From positions 1 through 59,351 of the forward strand of contig CAZRIY010000003.1 of the NCBI GenBank assembly GCA_964600295.1: DNA of 59,351 nt. Reading direction: 5' to 3'. Positions 52,667 to 59,351 of the stretch are shown in pieces (the stretch's first letter is position 1; every line of letters begins with the position of its first letter). Below the pieces are notes generated by a model that searched no databases, was not told where the DNA came from, and worked only from the letters and a program-made list of their open reading frames with translations. Source of the DNA: an uncultured Candidatus Saccharibacteria bacterium. Lineage in GTDB: Bacteria; Patescibacteriota; Saccharimonadia; CAZHVB01. The position numbers and the translations under genes are program-made.

Positions 52667-52977
52667 GCATTCTCCCTTGCTTAATTAATACTATTATATC
52701 CTAATTGTACTCCCATAATCAAAAAAGTCTGTGAGAATTTCCACTTTCCTAAGCCATAATCGTAAGCGCTTTGAATCAGCCGCAAAAAGTGATTCCTATG
52801 CCTTCTTACTTATTACTTACTAGATTTATATCTATTTCTGAGACTTCTGACGTCTTTCGAGTCCCATAGATCTAGTCCGAACAATGCCCATATCAGCACG
52901 AAAGGAAAAAACAGTGTCCTGAAAAATATATTTTTGGGTTCAATGCTGGTGCTACGAGAAACTCTGATGAAGTCTTA

Positions 52978-53052
52978 TGGGGTGTCCAAAGGGAATCGAA
53001 CCCTCGTCACCGCAGCCACAGTGCGGCGCTTTACCATTAAGCTATGGACACC
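52978..53052 (-). tRNA. tRNA-His (anticodon GUG) with encoded G-1 and CCA
   Basis: Reverse complement GGTGTCCATAGCTTAATGGTAAAGCGCCGCACTGTGGCTGCGGTGACGAGGGTTCGATTCCCTTTGGACACCCCA. Confidence 0.9.
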
Positions 53053-53534
53053 AAAAATTTTTCTGCCTCATTTTTATAATGATGCACCAGGAAATGGCAA
53101 TTATGGCATAGCCATACTAGATTTGAAACGACGTTATTTTGTCGGTTTTTGTCTTTGTGGTGAGCTGATAGGATCCTTTGATCCTTACTGCTGCATTTTG
53201 CGCATATGGGCGCAATCTTGGCTCTTTTTAGTATGTTTCTATAGGTGTATTCACCTCCTTTCCAGTTAGGATGACTTTCGCCCGTTTGGATCTGAGAGTT
53301 CCTCCATACAGTCTGACACGATTTACTGCAAAAATATTTGCCACTTTTTGACTTTAATTGGTGCTTGCGACTTCTATAGATGTTCTGTCCACAGATAAAA
53401 CATGTAAACATCTTGCCATTCTTTTGACTTTCGTAGAAGCAAGTTCTCGAACAGTATTTTCCCCATCCTCTTTTTAGCCAACTAGGTTTGGCGTAAAATT
53501 CCTTCTTGCAAATCGAACAACCGACTAACTGCAT
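53037..53534 (-). CDS. HNH endonuclease with N-terminal zinc-ribbon repeats
   Basis: AHHKDKNRQNNVVSNLVWLCHNCHFLVHH plus several CxxC pairs. The 3' end overlaps the tRNA-His 5' end by 16 nt. Confidence 0.8.
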   Translation of the reverse strand: MQLVGCSICKKEFYAKPSWLKRGWGKYCSRTCFYESQKNGKMFTCFICGQNIYRSRKHQLKSKSGKYFCSKSCQTVWRNSQIQTGESHPNWKGGEYTYRNILKRAKIAPICAKCSSKDQRILSAHHKDKNRQNNVVSNLVWLCHNCHFLVHHYKNEAEKFLVSIA

Positions 53535-53630
53535 GGATAAATTTTATCAAAGTTACATGCCAAGGTAAATAACAGGGTTGTGAAGAGTGCAGAAACCGTT
53601 GTTTAAACTTTCTCGAACAAGATTGCGATC

Positions 53631-53708
53631 TGGCGCGCCCGGTAGGATTTGAACCTACGGCCTAGGGGTTAGAACTCCCTCGCTCTATCCAGACTGAGCT
53701 ACGGGCGC
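53631..53708 (-). tRNA. tRNA-Arg (anticodon UCU), CCA encoded
   Basis: Reverse complement GCGCCCGTAGCTCAGTCTGGATAGAGCGAGGGAGTTCTAACCCCTAGGCCGTAGGTTCAAATCCTACCGGGCGCGCCA. The 31-39 position is an A-C mismatch. Confidence 0.85.
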
Positions 53709-53711
53709 CCG

Positions 53712-53786
53712 TGGTGCGGGATACCGGAGTCGAACCGGTCTCCTCAGTTTGGAAAACTGATATATTAGCCGATATACGAATCCCGC
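53712..53786 (-). tRNA. tRNA-Gly (anticodon UCC), CCA encoded
   Basis: Reverse complement GCGGGATTCGTATATCGGCTAATATATCAGTTTTCCAAACTGAGGAGACCGGTTCGACTCCGGTATCCCGCACCA. Confidence 0.85.
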
Positions 53787-53820
53787 TCGATCTAAATTAT
53801 GCGGTAGTGCCGGTTTAAGC

Positions 53821-54210
53821 TCAACTTTGAGAAGCCTCTTCCACTTCCAGACTGTATCGGCTATAACCGTCAATGTCGGTGATAGTAAAAAGTCTAAAGG
53901 TTCGAGTTTGCCCCGGTCCTAGATCCTGAATAGTGCCCCCAGCTCTGCCAATAACTCCCCCGTCCTGGCTATAAAACAGCATTTTCAACGCAAGCTTACG
54001 CGGCCATCTATCATTATTGGTAATCCTGCCCCTGATTTGCGAGAAACCTCTCTGATGATCGGATTCAACCTTAATATCTTCTATCGCTATCCGGACACCA
54101 TCTAGTTTTGGATGGATCTGCGGGGCAGAAGCCGCCAAAACTACTAGAATAAGCCCTAGTGCAGTCGCCACGAGCAGGGGTTTAGCCACCCTATTATCCC
54201 TACTTGGCAC
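53821..54210 (-). CDS. membrane-anchored beta-rich protein (FxLYD-like?)
   Basis: N-terminal TM segment LLVATALGLILVVLAA. The family call rests on weak resemblance only (KMLFYSQDG). Confidence 0.4.
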   Translation of the reverse strand: MPSRDNRVAKPLLVATALGLILVVLAASAPQIHPKLDGVRIAIEDIKVESDHQRGFSQIRGRITNNDRWPRKLALKMLFYSQDGGVIGRAGGTIQDLGPGQTRTFRLFTITDIDGYSRYSLEVEEASQS

Positions 54211-54211
54211 C

Positions 54212-54910
54212 CTAGATATTGACAGAAATATACTTGTCGAAAACGTTCTTATAGTGAGACGGGTCCTTGATATCGTGGATTTCTATTTTTTTGGGCTTAT
54301 CGGTCATCATCTGTAGCGTTATATCGCCATAATCGAATATCCGGCCCAACATACCCTGGTGCATTCTTACTCCCTCGATATTGCGTAGTTCGTAGGTGAT
54401 TTCATCAGTGGTTATATTTTTGTTGAGCCGCTTTCTCTCTAAATGAGTCTCGGTCAAGTAATACCCGGTATTGGCCCAGGGTAGCAGCACCGAAAATACC
54501 AAAAAGGCCAAGGCGAAAATTTTAATAACTAAAAAGATAAAGAAAATCAGAAAAATCAGCCTAGGACCCAAGCCCACAAAGGCAAGCGCGCCAACCACTA
54601 CCAAAAAAGCCAAGTCGAGCAAGACAAGCAAGCTCATTAGCCGGATGATAATGGCTACCGGATTTCTGGATATCAGCACTGACTCTTTCAATGCCTCTTC
54701 CTGGGCTTTGGGCGGTACTTCTTGAAGTTGCCCGGCAAGTTGTTGAATCGGTTGAATCGGTTGGATCGGCTGGTTAGACTCGGCTGAGCCAGCAGCTAAA
54801 GTGGGTTGAGGCTGATCATGCGTATGCGGAGTAGTCTGAGATACCCCATTATCTTGATTATGGGGTATCTGAAAATTACCGGGAGTAGATGGTTGCTGGT
54901 CGGAATCCAT
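54212..54910 (-). CDS. membrane protein with bacterial PH (bPH_2/YdbT-like) domain
   Basis: Two TM helices, then ...ITYELRNIEGVRMHQGMLGRIFDYGDITLQ. The Gln/Pro-rich N-terminus contains a QPIQPIQPIQ repeat. Confidence 0.6.
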   Translation of the reverse strand: MDSDQQPSTPGNFQIPHNQDNGVSQTTPHTHDQPQPTLAAGSAESNQPIQPIQPIQQLAGQLQEVPPKAQEEALKESVLISRNPVAIIIRLMSLLVLLDLAFLVVVGALAFVGLGPRLIFLIFFIFLVIKIFALAFLVFSVLLPWANTGYYLTETHLERKRLNKNITTDEITYELRNIEGVRMHQGMLGRIFDYGDITLQMMTDKPKKIEIHDIKDPSHYKNVFDKYISVNI

Positions 54911-54946
54911 TCCCCCTATGATACCAATCAAACAGACTAGCTTGCA

Positions 54947-55381
54947 CTACTTGCGCAAATAATCCTCGTCTACTTCACCGTTTTCCTGTAGTACATAGGG
55001 ATCACTTTCATCCACTAAATCGCACATGGATTCATGAGCTTTATACATATCTACCTGTGTGTGTGGATCGAGATCAGAAAAGCGACGTCCGTCAGCACGC
55101 GCTCTTAAATCATCTACAAAGCCGGACGGTGCTAAGCGACCAAAGCGCTCAAAAACCGGTTGAGCTCTATAATTTGGCCCAGTAACGCTATCATCTGGCG
55201 CCCTAAAGTATAAAGAGAAATTGCACTTCCCATTAATAGAATCCCGGACAAATTTAGCAAAGCTTTTGTACTTAGTCATTGGGACTGTATTGATTCCTAA
55301 GGCTTTAATATCCGCCTCGGGTATTAGGGAATCATAACTAATTGGATTATCGGATACGGACGTTTCAATACCGGATTTCAT
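54947..55381 (-). CDS. hypothetical protein
   Basis: 144-aa ORF with ATG start and no recognisable motif. Confidence 0.4.
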   Translation of the reverse strand: MKSGIETSVSDNPISYDSLIPEADIKALGINTVPMTKYKSFAKFVRDSINGKCNFSLYFRAPDDSVTGPNYRAQPVFERFGRLAPSGFVDDLRARADGRRFSDLDPHTQVDMYKAHESMCDLVDESDPYVLQENGEVDEDYLRK

Positions 55382-55422
55382 AAAAATATATAACCATATA
55401 TTTTTTACTTGGTCAAATACTC

Positions 55423-55785
55423 TTAGGCTTTTCTTTTGGAGCTTTTGGTAATATCGGCCAGGCGGAAAAGAATAATCTTACTAAGAATTGGCTCGGGGAT
55501 GGGACTATCCTCTGTAAACTGCAAAGTGCCTTTAGAGGTTCTAAACTTGGCTAGCTCAGGACCAATTGCTTTTATCATCGCGTCGGAGGCCGGGTATATG
55601 CTCATATGGTTTTTAAAAAACGCGAAGTATATCAAATATGTCTCGTTGTATTTGAACATGGGTATGCCGTAGCTAATAACTTCCTCGGCTTCGGGAACTA
55701 TTTGCTTGATAATTTTACGAAACCGCTCGAGCATGGCTTTCTGCGACGGGGTGGCATTTTTAAGATATTCATCGATAGCTGACAT
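55423..55785 (-). CDS. DUF1801 (YdhG-like) domain protein
   Basis: IDEYLKNATPSQKAMLERFRKIIKQIVPEAEEVISYGIPMFKY. Confidence 0.7.
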   Translation of the reverse strand: MSAIDEYLKNATPSQKAMLERFRKIIKQIVPEAEEVISYGIPMFKYNETYLIYFAFFKNHMSIYPASDAMIKAIGPELAKFRTSKGTLQFTEDSPIPEPILSKIILFRLADITKSSKRKA

Positions 55786-56004
55786 AACAATATCTTACCA
55801 ACTAAAATGACTTCCCAAGAAGCACTTTAATAAATTCCTGGAGGGCCATGTTGCCCAAAACTGGAACTCCCTCCACCCCAGTTTACTAAAAACCTATAGA
55901 GAACTAATAACTTTAGGCGTGGTCATCTAGATTCCTTGTAGGAGTTACTTGCAGGAAAAAATGTTATATATTTAATTTAAACAATCTTGTGAAAGAAGAT
56001 TCTA

Positions 56005-56514
56005 ATGGCTGATAAGAGCGATAAAAATTGGTTTGCTAGACACAAAGTTCTAGGTGCAGTGCTAGGATTTATAGGTTTAATCATTATCATTAGTGCAGCA
56101 AGCGGTGGAAGTAAAACGGATAATAACCAACGAAATAGCAGCGCAACAAATGATACAGCGCAAAGTACTACACAAACTACACAAACGGAAACACCAGAAC
56201 CCAGTGTTCCAGCCGAGTACAAATCTGCATTAGCTAAAGCTGACTCGTATACCAACACTATGCATATGTCAAAGCTAGGTGTATATGACCAGTTAGTCTC
56301 AGAATATGGCGAAAAGTTTAAGCCAGAAGCTGCACAATACGCTACAGACAATGTAAAAGCCGATTGGAATGCAAATGCTCTTGCAAAAGCAAAGAGCTAC
56401 CAAGAGCAGCAGAATATGTCACCAGCAGCAATTCGCGACCAGTTGGTTTCACAATACGGCGAGAAGTTCACAGCAGCAGAAGCAGATTACGCTATCCAGC
56501 ATCTGAATGACTAA
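56005..56514 (+). CDS. Ltp-family surface protein (two Ltp repeats behind a TM anchor)
   Basis: Repeats SALAKADSYTNTMHMSKLGVYDQLVSEYGEKFKPEAAQYATDNV and NALAKAKSYQEQQNMSPAAIRDQLVSQYGEKFTAAEADYAIQHL. Confidence 0.7.
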   Translation: MADKSDKNWFARHKVLGAVLGFIGLIIIISAASGGSKTDNNQRNSSATNDTAQSTTQTTQTETPEPSVPAEYKSALAKADSYTNTMHMSKLGVYDQLVSEYGEKFKPEAAQYATDNVKADWNANALAKAKSYQEQQNMSPAAIRDQLVSQYGEKFTAAEADYAIQHLND

Positions 56515-56675
56515 ACCTCTTTGATTTTTGCCGAAGACGCTGATTTATCGTTAGTGGAGGGCCATGTGGGATTACTTTGTATATTCTGCGGCCGTGCTCT
56601 CCGCCGCGGCGGATGCGCTGCGACTTTGATTATCGAACCCATCCTCCGGATTACTGGGCTCTCGGCATATCTATC

Positions 56676-56715
56676 CAAAAATCTGCCCACCTCGGAGCGG
56701 CCAAAGTTTTGGAGG
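56676..56715. repeat. 40-bp direct repeat, copy A
   Basis: CAAAAATCTGCCCACCTCGGAGCGGCCAAAGTTTTGGAGG matches 59276-59315 with 1 mismatch, at an offset of exactly 2600 bp. Confidence 0.8.
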
Positions 56716-56770
56716 AGCATGTTGCGAACTATTGCAACTAACTTACGGTTAAATCCTCAATTATTTATAG

Positions 56771-58555
56771 CTACTTTTGAATAGAAACAGCCTTAATCTG
56801 TAATAGTATTGCCATATAGATTTGAAGTACTACCATAGATTTCCTATCTAAGTTCGGTGTAGTAGGCTTCAAACCACCATGCCCAGTAATGTTGCGTAAG
56901 TTTTCCTTAGCAGGGTCAATAAGCTGATATTCCATAAACCGTGCAAGGTCTTTAGTATAGAGTCTTTCAAGGTCATTAAGTAAAGAACCCAGCATTTTAG
57001 GTTCAACTATGCTCACATCTTTCTGCCTATATCGTTTCATACCGTGCATACGCACAATATCACCCAATAAGTCTTCAATTTGCGGAGTTAAGATTGTTAA
57101 AGCTTCATAATGCTTACCGTCAAAGAAATACTTGAAACCAAGCACCACCGCTTCGTAAGTGTCTTTATTTATCAGCTTAATTTTTTCTAATTGAGGCATT
57201 ATATCGTCAAGAGTTAAGCCCCGATTTTTTAATGCTTCGCTTACAGTTATAGATAAAAATATGCTTGCCGTAGCAATGGAAGCGTCATAGTATCGCATGG
57301 TTTTTCTGTATTCAATGTCATCAGGTGCTACTGCAATAGGCACATTGTCTTCATTCAATGTCAGGCTTGTAACGTGGTCACTGATTGACGCAAACTCTTC
57401 TGATTTGCCCTCTTTTTTTGCTTGCTTCCATGACGGAAAGAAGTTTGGTGAATAAGCAATGAGAGCTGCCTTTTCTTTATGATTACTCAATTCTTTTACC
57501 AGATTATCAATTACTTCTTTGGGTATTGTTTGTTCAAAAGTAAACTCTTGAAATCCTGCCGTGAACTCTGGCAAACTTCCTAACTTTTCAGCTTTGTCGT
57601 TTAGTTTGTTTGCCTCTGCGTTTAAGCCAGCCTCTCTAAGTATTTGTGCAGCTTTTAGCAGATTAGTTTGCTGAATAAATAGACTGTCTTCTCTGTCGTT
57701 TGCTTCATCATGGTATAACTGCGCTTCTTCACGGGCTGCCTCTTGTGGGTCATAGGTTTCTGGATTAAGTAGCTGGTCAATTTTATGCTCAATCTTGATG
57801 TAGCTCTCTAGTATCAGAAATGAGCCCTCTTGTTTCTTATAGTGACTTACGCCTTCTTTAGCTATTTTGTGAGCTAGTTTCAACTCATCTTTGTTGAATG
57901 ATTGATTGAAATGCTCAATTAGTTCTAGCAACTCCAAGCACCAGCGTGGATTTTCTTTTTGAAGCTTTTTTACAAACTCAAGAACTGCTTGCTTTGCTAT
58001 CCCAAATACTTCTTTATGACTATCTTTATATCCGTTTGCAACGATAAATGCTCTTTGGATTAGGTCAATGCTATCCATTTCATTGCCACGTCCTTCAACC
58101 TTTGCTGCTTCAATATGTGCGCTAACGAGTTTTTCTAAGATGTCTTCTTTATTAAGGTCTTTATTAAACTCATAATTAACATCTAAATAACGAGCTCTCA
58201 TAACGGGATTGGTAGTAGCTTCCGAACGTTCAAGATAGTACTTCAATCGTTCTGGTGTAAGCTCCGAATAATCTGGGAATACAGTTCCGTCTGTATATTC
58301 CATAACGGGTTTAAATCTCGGCTCAAGATTATCTTGATAGTCATTTTTTGTCATAAACCTAAACAACATAAACTCGGCTTTGATTTGCTCTAGTTCTTCT
58401 TTGCCGTAATCTTCCGTTTCGGCGAGAGCTTTAAACTCATCGGCTATCTGAAAGTCGTACTTGTACTGTTTTGCTTCAATTTCTTTAATCGCAGCCTCAA
58501 GTGTTTGTGTCTTACTATCTGGTTCTTCTTGGCTACTACTCGTTGTCATCTTCAA
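56771..58555 (-). CDS. large helical protein with C-terminal HEPN-type Rx4H motif (DUF4209-like)
   Basis: 594 aa. The C-terminal ...ENLRNITGHGG contains R-x4-H in the RN..xHG context seen in HEPN RNase families. Confidence 0.5.
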   Translation of the reverse strand: MKMTTSSSQEEPDSKTQTLEAAIKEIEAKQYKYDFQIADEFKALAETEDYGKEELEQIKAEFMLFRFMTKNDYQDNLEPRFKPVMEYTDGTVFPDYSELTPERLKYYLERSEATTNPVMRARYLDVNYEFNKDLNKEDILEKLVSAHIEAAKVEGRGNEMDSIDLIQRAFIVANGYKDSHKEVFGIAKQAVLEFVKKLQKENPRWCLELLELIEHFNQSFNKDELKLAHKIAKEGVSHYKKQEGSFLILESYIKIEHKIDQLLNPETYDPQEAAREEAQLYHDEANDREDSLFIQQTNLLKAAQILREAGLNAEANKLNDKAEKLGSLPEFTAGFQEFTFEQTIPKEVIDNLVKELSNHKEKAALIAYSPNFFPSWKQAKKEGKSEEFASISDHVTSLTLNEDNVPIAVAPDDIEYRKTMRYYDASIATASIFLSITVSEALKNRGLTLDDIMPQLEKIKLINKDTYEAVVLGFKYFFDGKHYEALTILTPQIEDLLGDIVRMHGMKRYRQKDVSIVEPKMLGSLLNDLERLYTKDLARFMEYQLIDPAKENLRNITGHGGLKPTTPNLDRKSMVVLQIYMAILLQIKAVSIQK

Positions 58556-59102
58556 TACGCTGAATTGTTTCTACGGCTTCTGGGATAATACGTACGTGTT
58601 CATTTTGGTATACGATTCCTGCTGCACCCGTTCTTAGCCACCGCAACACTGCTTCATCATTATCAAACTTGTCCGTAACGAGCTGCTTGCCCGACTTAAG
58701 TGTAATCACGAAACGTCTAGGCGTTTCCATCACGGCTTTCAGCTTATTAAGAATATCTTGGGTGAATGGTTCTTCAAGTTCGCCTTCGTCAACCCATTCG
58801 TGATATTCAAGCTCACATTTATCGTCATCTAAAGGTTTGAGTGTATATCTAACATGGTAGCTGCCACCCTTCTGGCTCATAACAAACATACTGCCGAGAT
58901 TTAGCTCGGTTATTTCATATTCAGTCCAGCTACCTTCACGGTTTTGATTCTTGTAAATAGTGCCTAACTTAGTAGGTGCTTCGTTGGTTTCTTCTGACAC
59001 TATGCCGTCTATCCACTTGGGCGTATTTTCTGGGTTAAGTACAAAATCCCAGACTTCGTGCATCGGACAGTCTATGACTACGGTTAATTTAAGTTCTTTC
59101 AT
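58536..59102 (-). CDS. SRPBCC (START/polyketide-cyclase-like) domain protein with extra C-terminal ~60 aa
   Basis: The N-terminal ~125 aa (LTVVIDCPMHEVWDFVLNPENTPKWIDGIV...) are typical of SRPBCC. Overlaps both neighbouring genes. Confidence 0.55.
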   Translation of the reverse strand: MKELKLTVVIDCPMHEVWDFVLNPENTPKWIDGIVSEETNEAPTKLGTIYKNQNREGSWTEYEITELNLGSMFVMSQKGGSYHVRYTLKPLDDDKCELEYHEWVDEGELEEPFTQDILNKLKAVMETPRRFVITLKSGKQLVTDKFDNDEAVLRWLRTGAAGIVYQNEHVRIIPEAVETIQRIEDDNE

Positions 59103-59290
59103 AATTCAACCAACTCATATATATCAATCGCAGGTTCTTCGTACGGGTGTGCTTCACGTATAGCTGCAATGACAGCTTTTACGCTATCACTATCGCAGGA
59201 AATTTCAATTCTTTCTTCTGCAACCTGTTCTAATTTACCTACTTGTCCTATTGCTGGGCTTGCGCCTTCAACTGGCAAAAATCTGCCCAC
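59099..59290 (-). CDS. short ORF resembling the PII-like insert domain of NIF3/YqfO proteins (probably an N-terminally truncated fragment)
   Basis: ERIEISCDSDSVKAVIAAIREAHPYEEPAIDIYEL. The GTG start lies inside repeat copy B. Confidence 0.4.
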   Translation of the reverse strand: MGRFLPVEGASPAIGQVGKLEQVAEERIEISCDSDSVKAVIAAIREAHPYEEPAIDIYELVEL

Positions 59291-59315
59291 CTCGGAGTGG
59301 CCAAAGTTTTGGAGG
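59276..59315. repeat. 40-bp direct repeat, copy B (includes the last 6 nt of the adjacent tRNA)
   Basis: CAAAAATCTGCCCACCTCGGAGTGGCCAAAGTTTTGGAGG. Confidence 0.8.
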
Positions 59316-59351
59316 GCCTGGAGGGACTCGAACCCTCGACACGCGGCTTAA
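59310..59351 (-). tRNA. partial tRNA (3' part only; anticodon NUU, so Lys or Asn), CCA encoded
   Basis: Reverse complement ...TTAAGCCGCGTGTCGAGGGTTCGAGTCCCTCCAGGCCCTCCA. The T-arm GAGGG-TTCGAGT-CCCTC, acceptor 3' strand, discriminator and CCA are visible. The 5' part lies beyond the window. Confidence 0.75.

Noticed and set aside
56521-56784. ORFs 56521..56784 and 59169..59351, which share the peptide KNLPTSE.PKFWR
   Set aside because: The similarity reflects the 40-bp DNA direct repeat rather than a protein family. One of the ORFs also runs through a tRNA.
1-59351. Alternative genetic code (UGA recoding, as in some CPR lineages)
   Set aside because: Many homology-supported genes terminate at TGA at the expected length (for example the integrase, the VirB4 N-terminal ORF and the P-loop gene). 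No in-frame TGA interrupts conserved domains.
1-59351. CRISPR arrays and rRNA genes
   Set aside because: No regularly spaced direct repeats and no rRNA-like conserved segments were seen. The only tandem repeat is the 3 x 9-bp coding repeat at 54743.

Overview
59.35-kb bacterial chromosomal window using the standard genetic code (well-supported genes end at TGA at the expected lengths). The gene content includes an RpfB-like wall hydrolase, a sortase, small housekeeping genes and a Gram-positive-style T4SS with T4SS_pilin-like proteins. This fits a monoderm-type genome, possibly Patescibacteria/Saccharibacteria-like, but the taxon is inference only. Housekeeping blocks lie at 1-10.8 kb (rsmA, pcrA, tpiA, pgk) and 40-56 kb (recX, purF, hup, rny, sortase, four complete tRNAs). 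They are interrupted by a ~29-kb integrative conjugative element (10866-39857). The element is bounded by a 19-bp direct repeat that is the 3' end of an intact tRNA-Glu. It carries a large serine recombinase, a replication-relaxation-family protein and a T4SS: pilin, pilin-VirB6 fusion, PrgI/VirB3-like protein, VirB4 split into two ORFs, M23 hydrolase and coupling protein. Its cargo is dense. It includes a minimal CBASS (CD-NTase + Cap15-like 2TM effector) and a non-canonical R-M-like operon (T5orf172-SF2 helicase + Eco57I-type methylase + truncated methylase-like protein + HTH). It also includes a retron-type reverse transcriptase operon with an XRE regulator and a structured upstream leader, a PLD/Nuc nuclease, and a Y-family polymerase with a small partner gene plus an SRAP protein. 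The most unusual item is a set of three otherwise unrelated proteins next to the coupling protein that share a ~12-aa N-terminal motif (M-x-E-E-I-E-Q-I-D-Q-A); one of them has a protein-kinase-like fold. Outside the element there are five further points of interest. A diverged second copy of the small-protein/Y-polymerase module sits beside the att site. A ~37-bp duplication of that polymerase's 3' end brackets a methyltransferase gene. A 19-bp tRNA-Pro repeat looks like an integration scar. A 2.6-kb islet encodes a HEPN-motif protein and is bracketed by 40-bp direct repeats next to a partial tRNA. A ~280-nt GC-rich, ORF-free, hairpin-rich region lies upstream of rny. No rRNA genes and no CRISPR arrays were seen.
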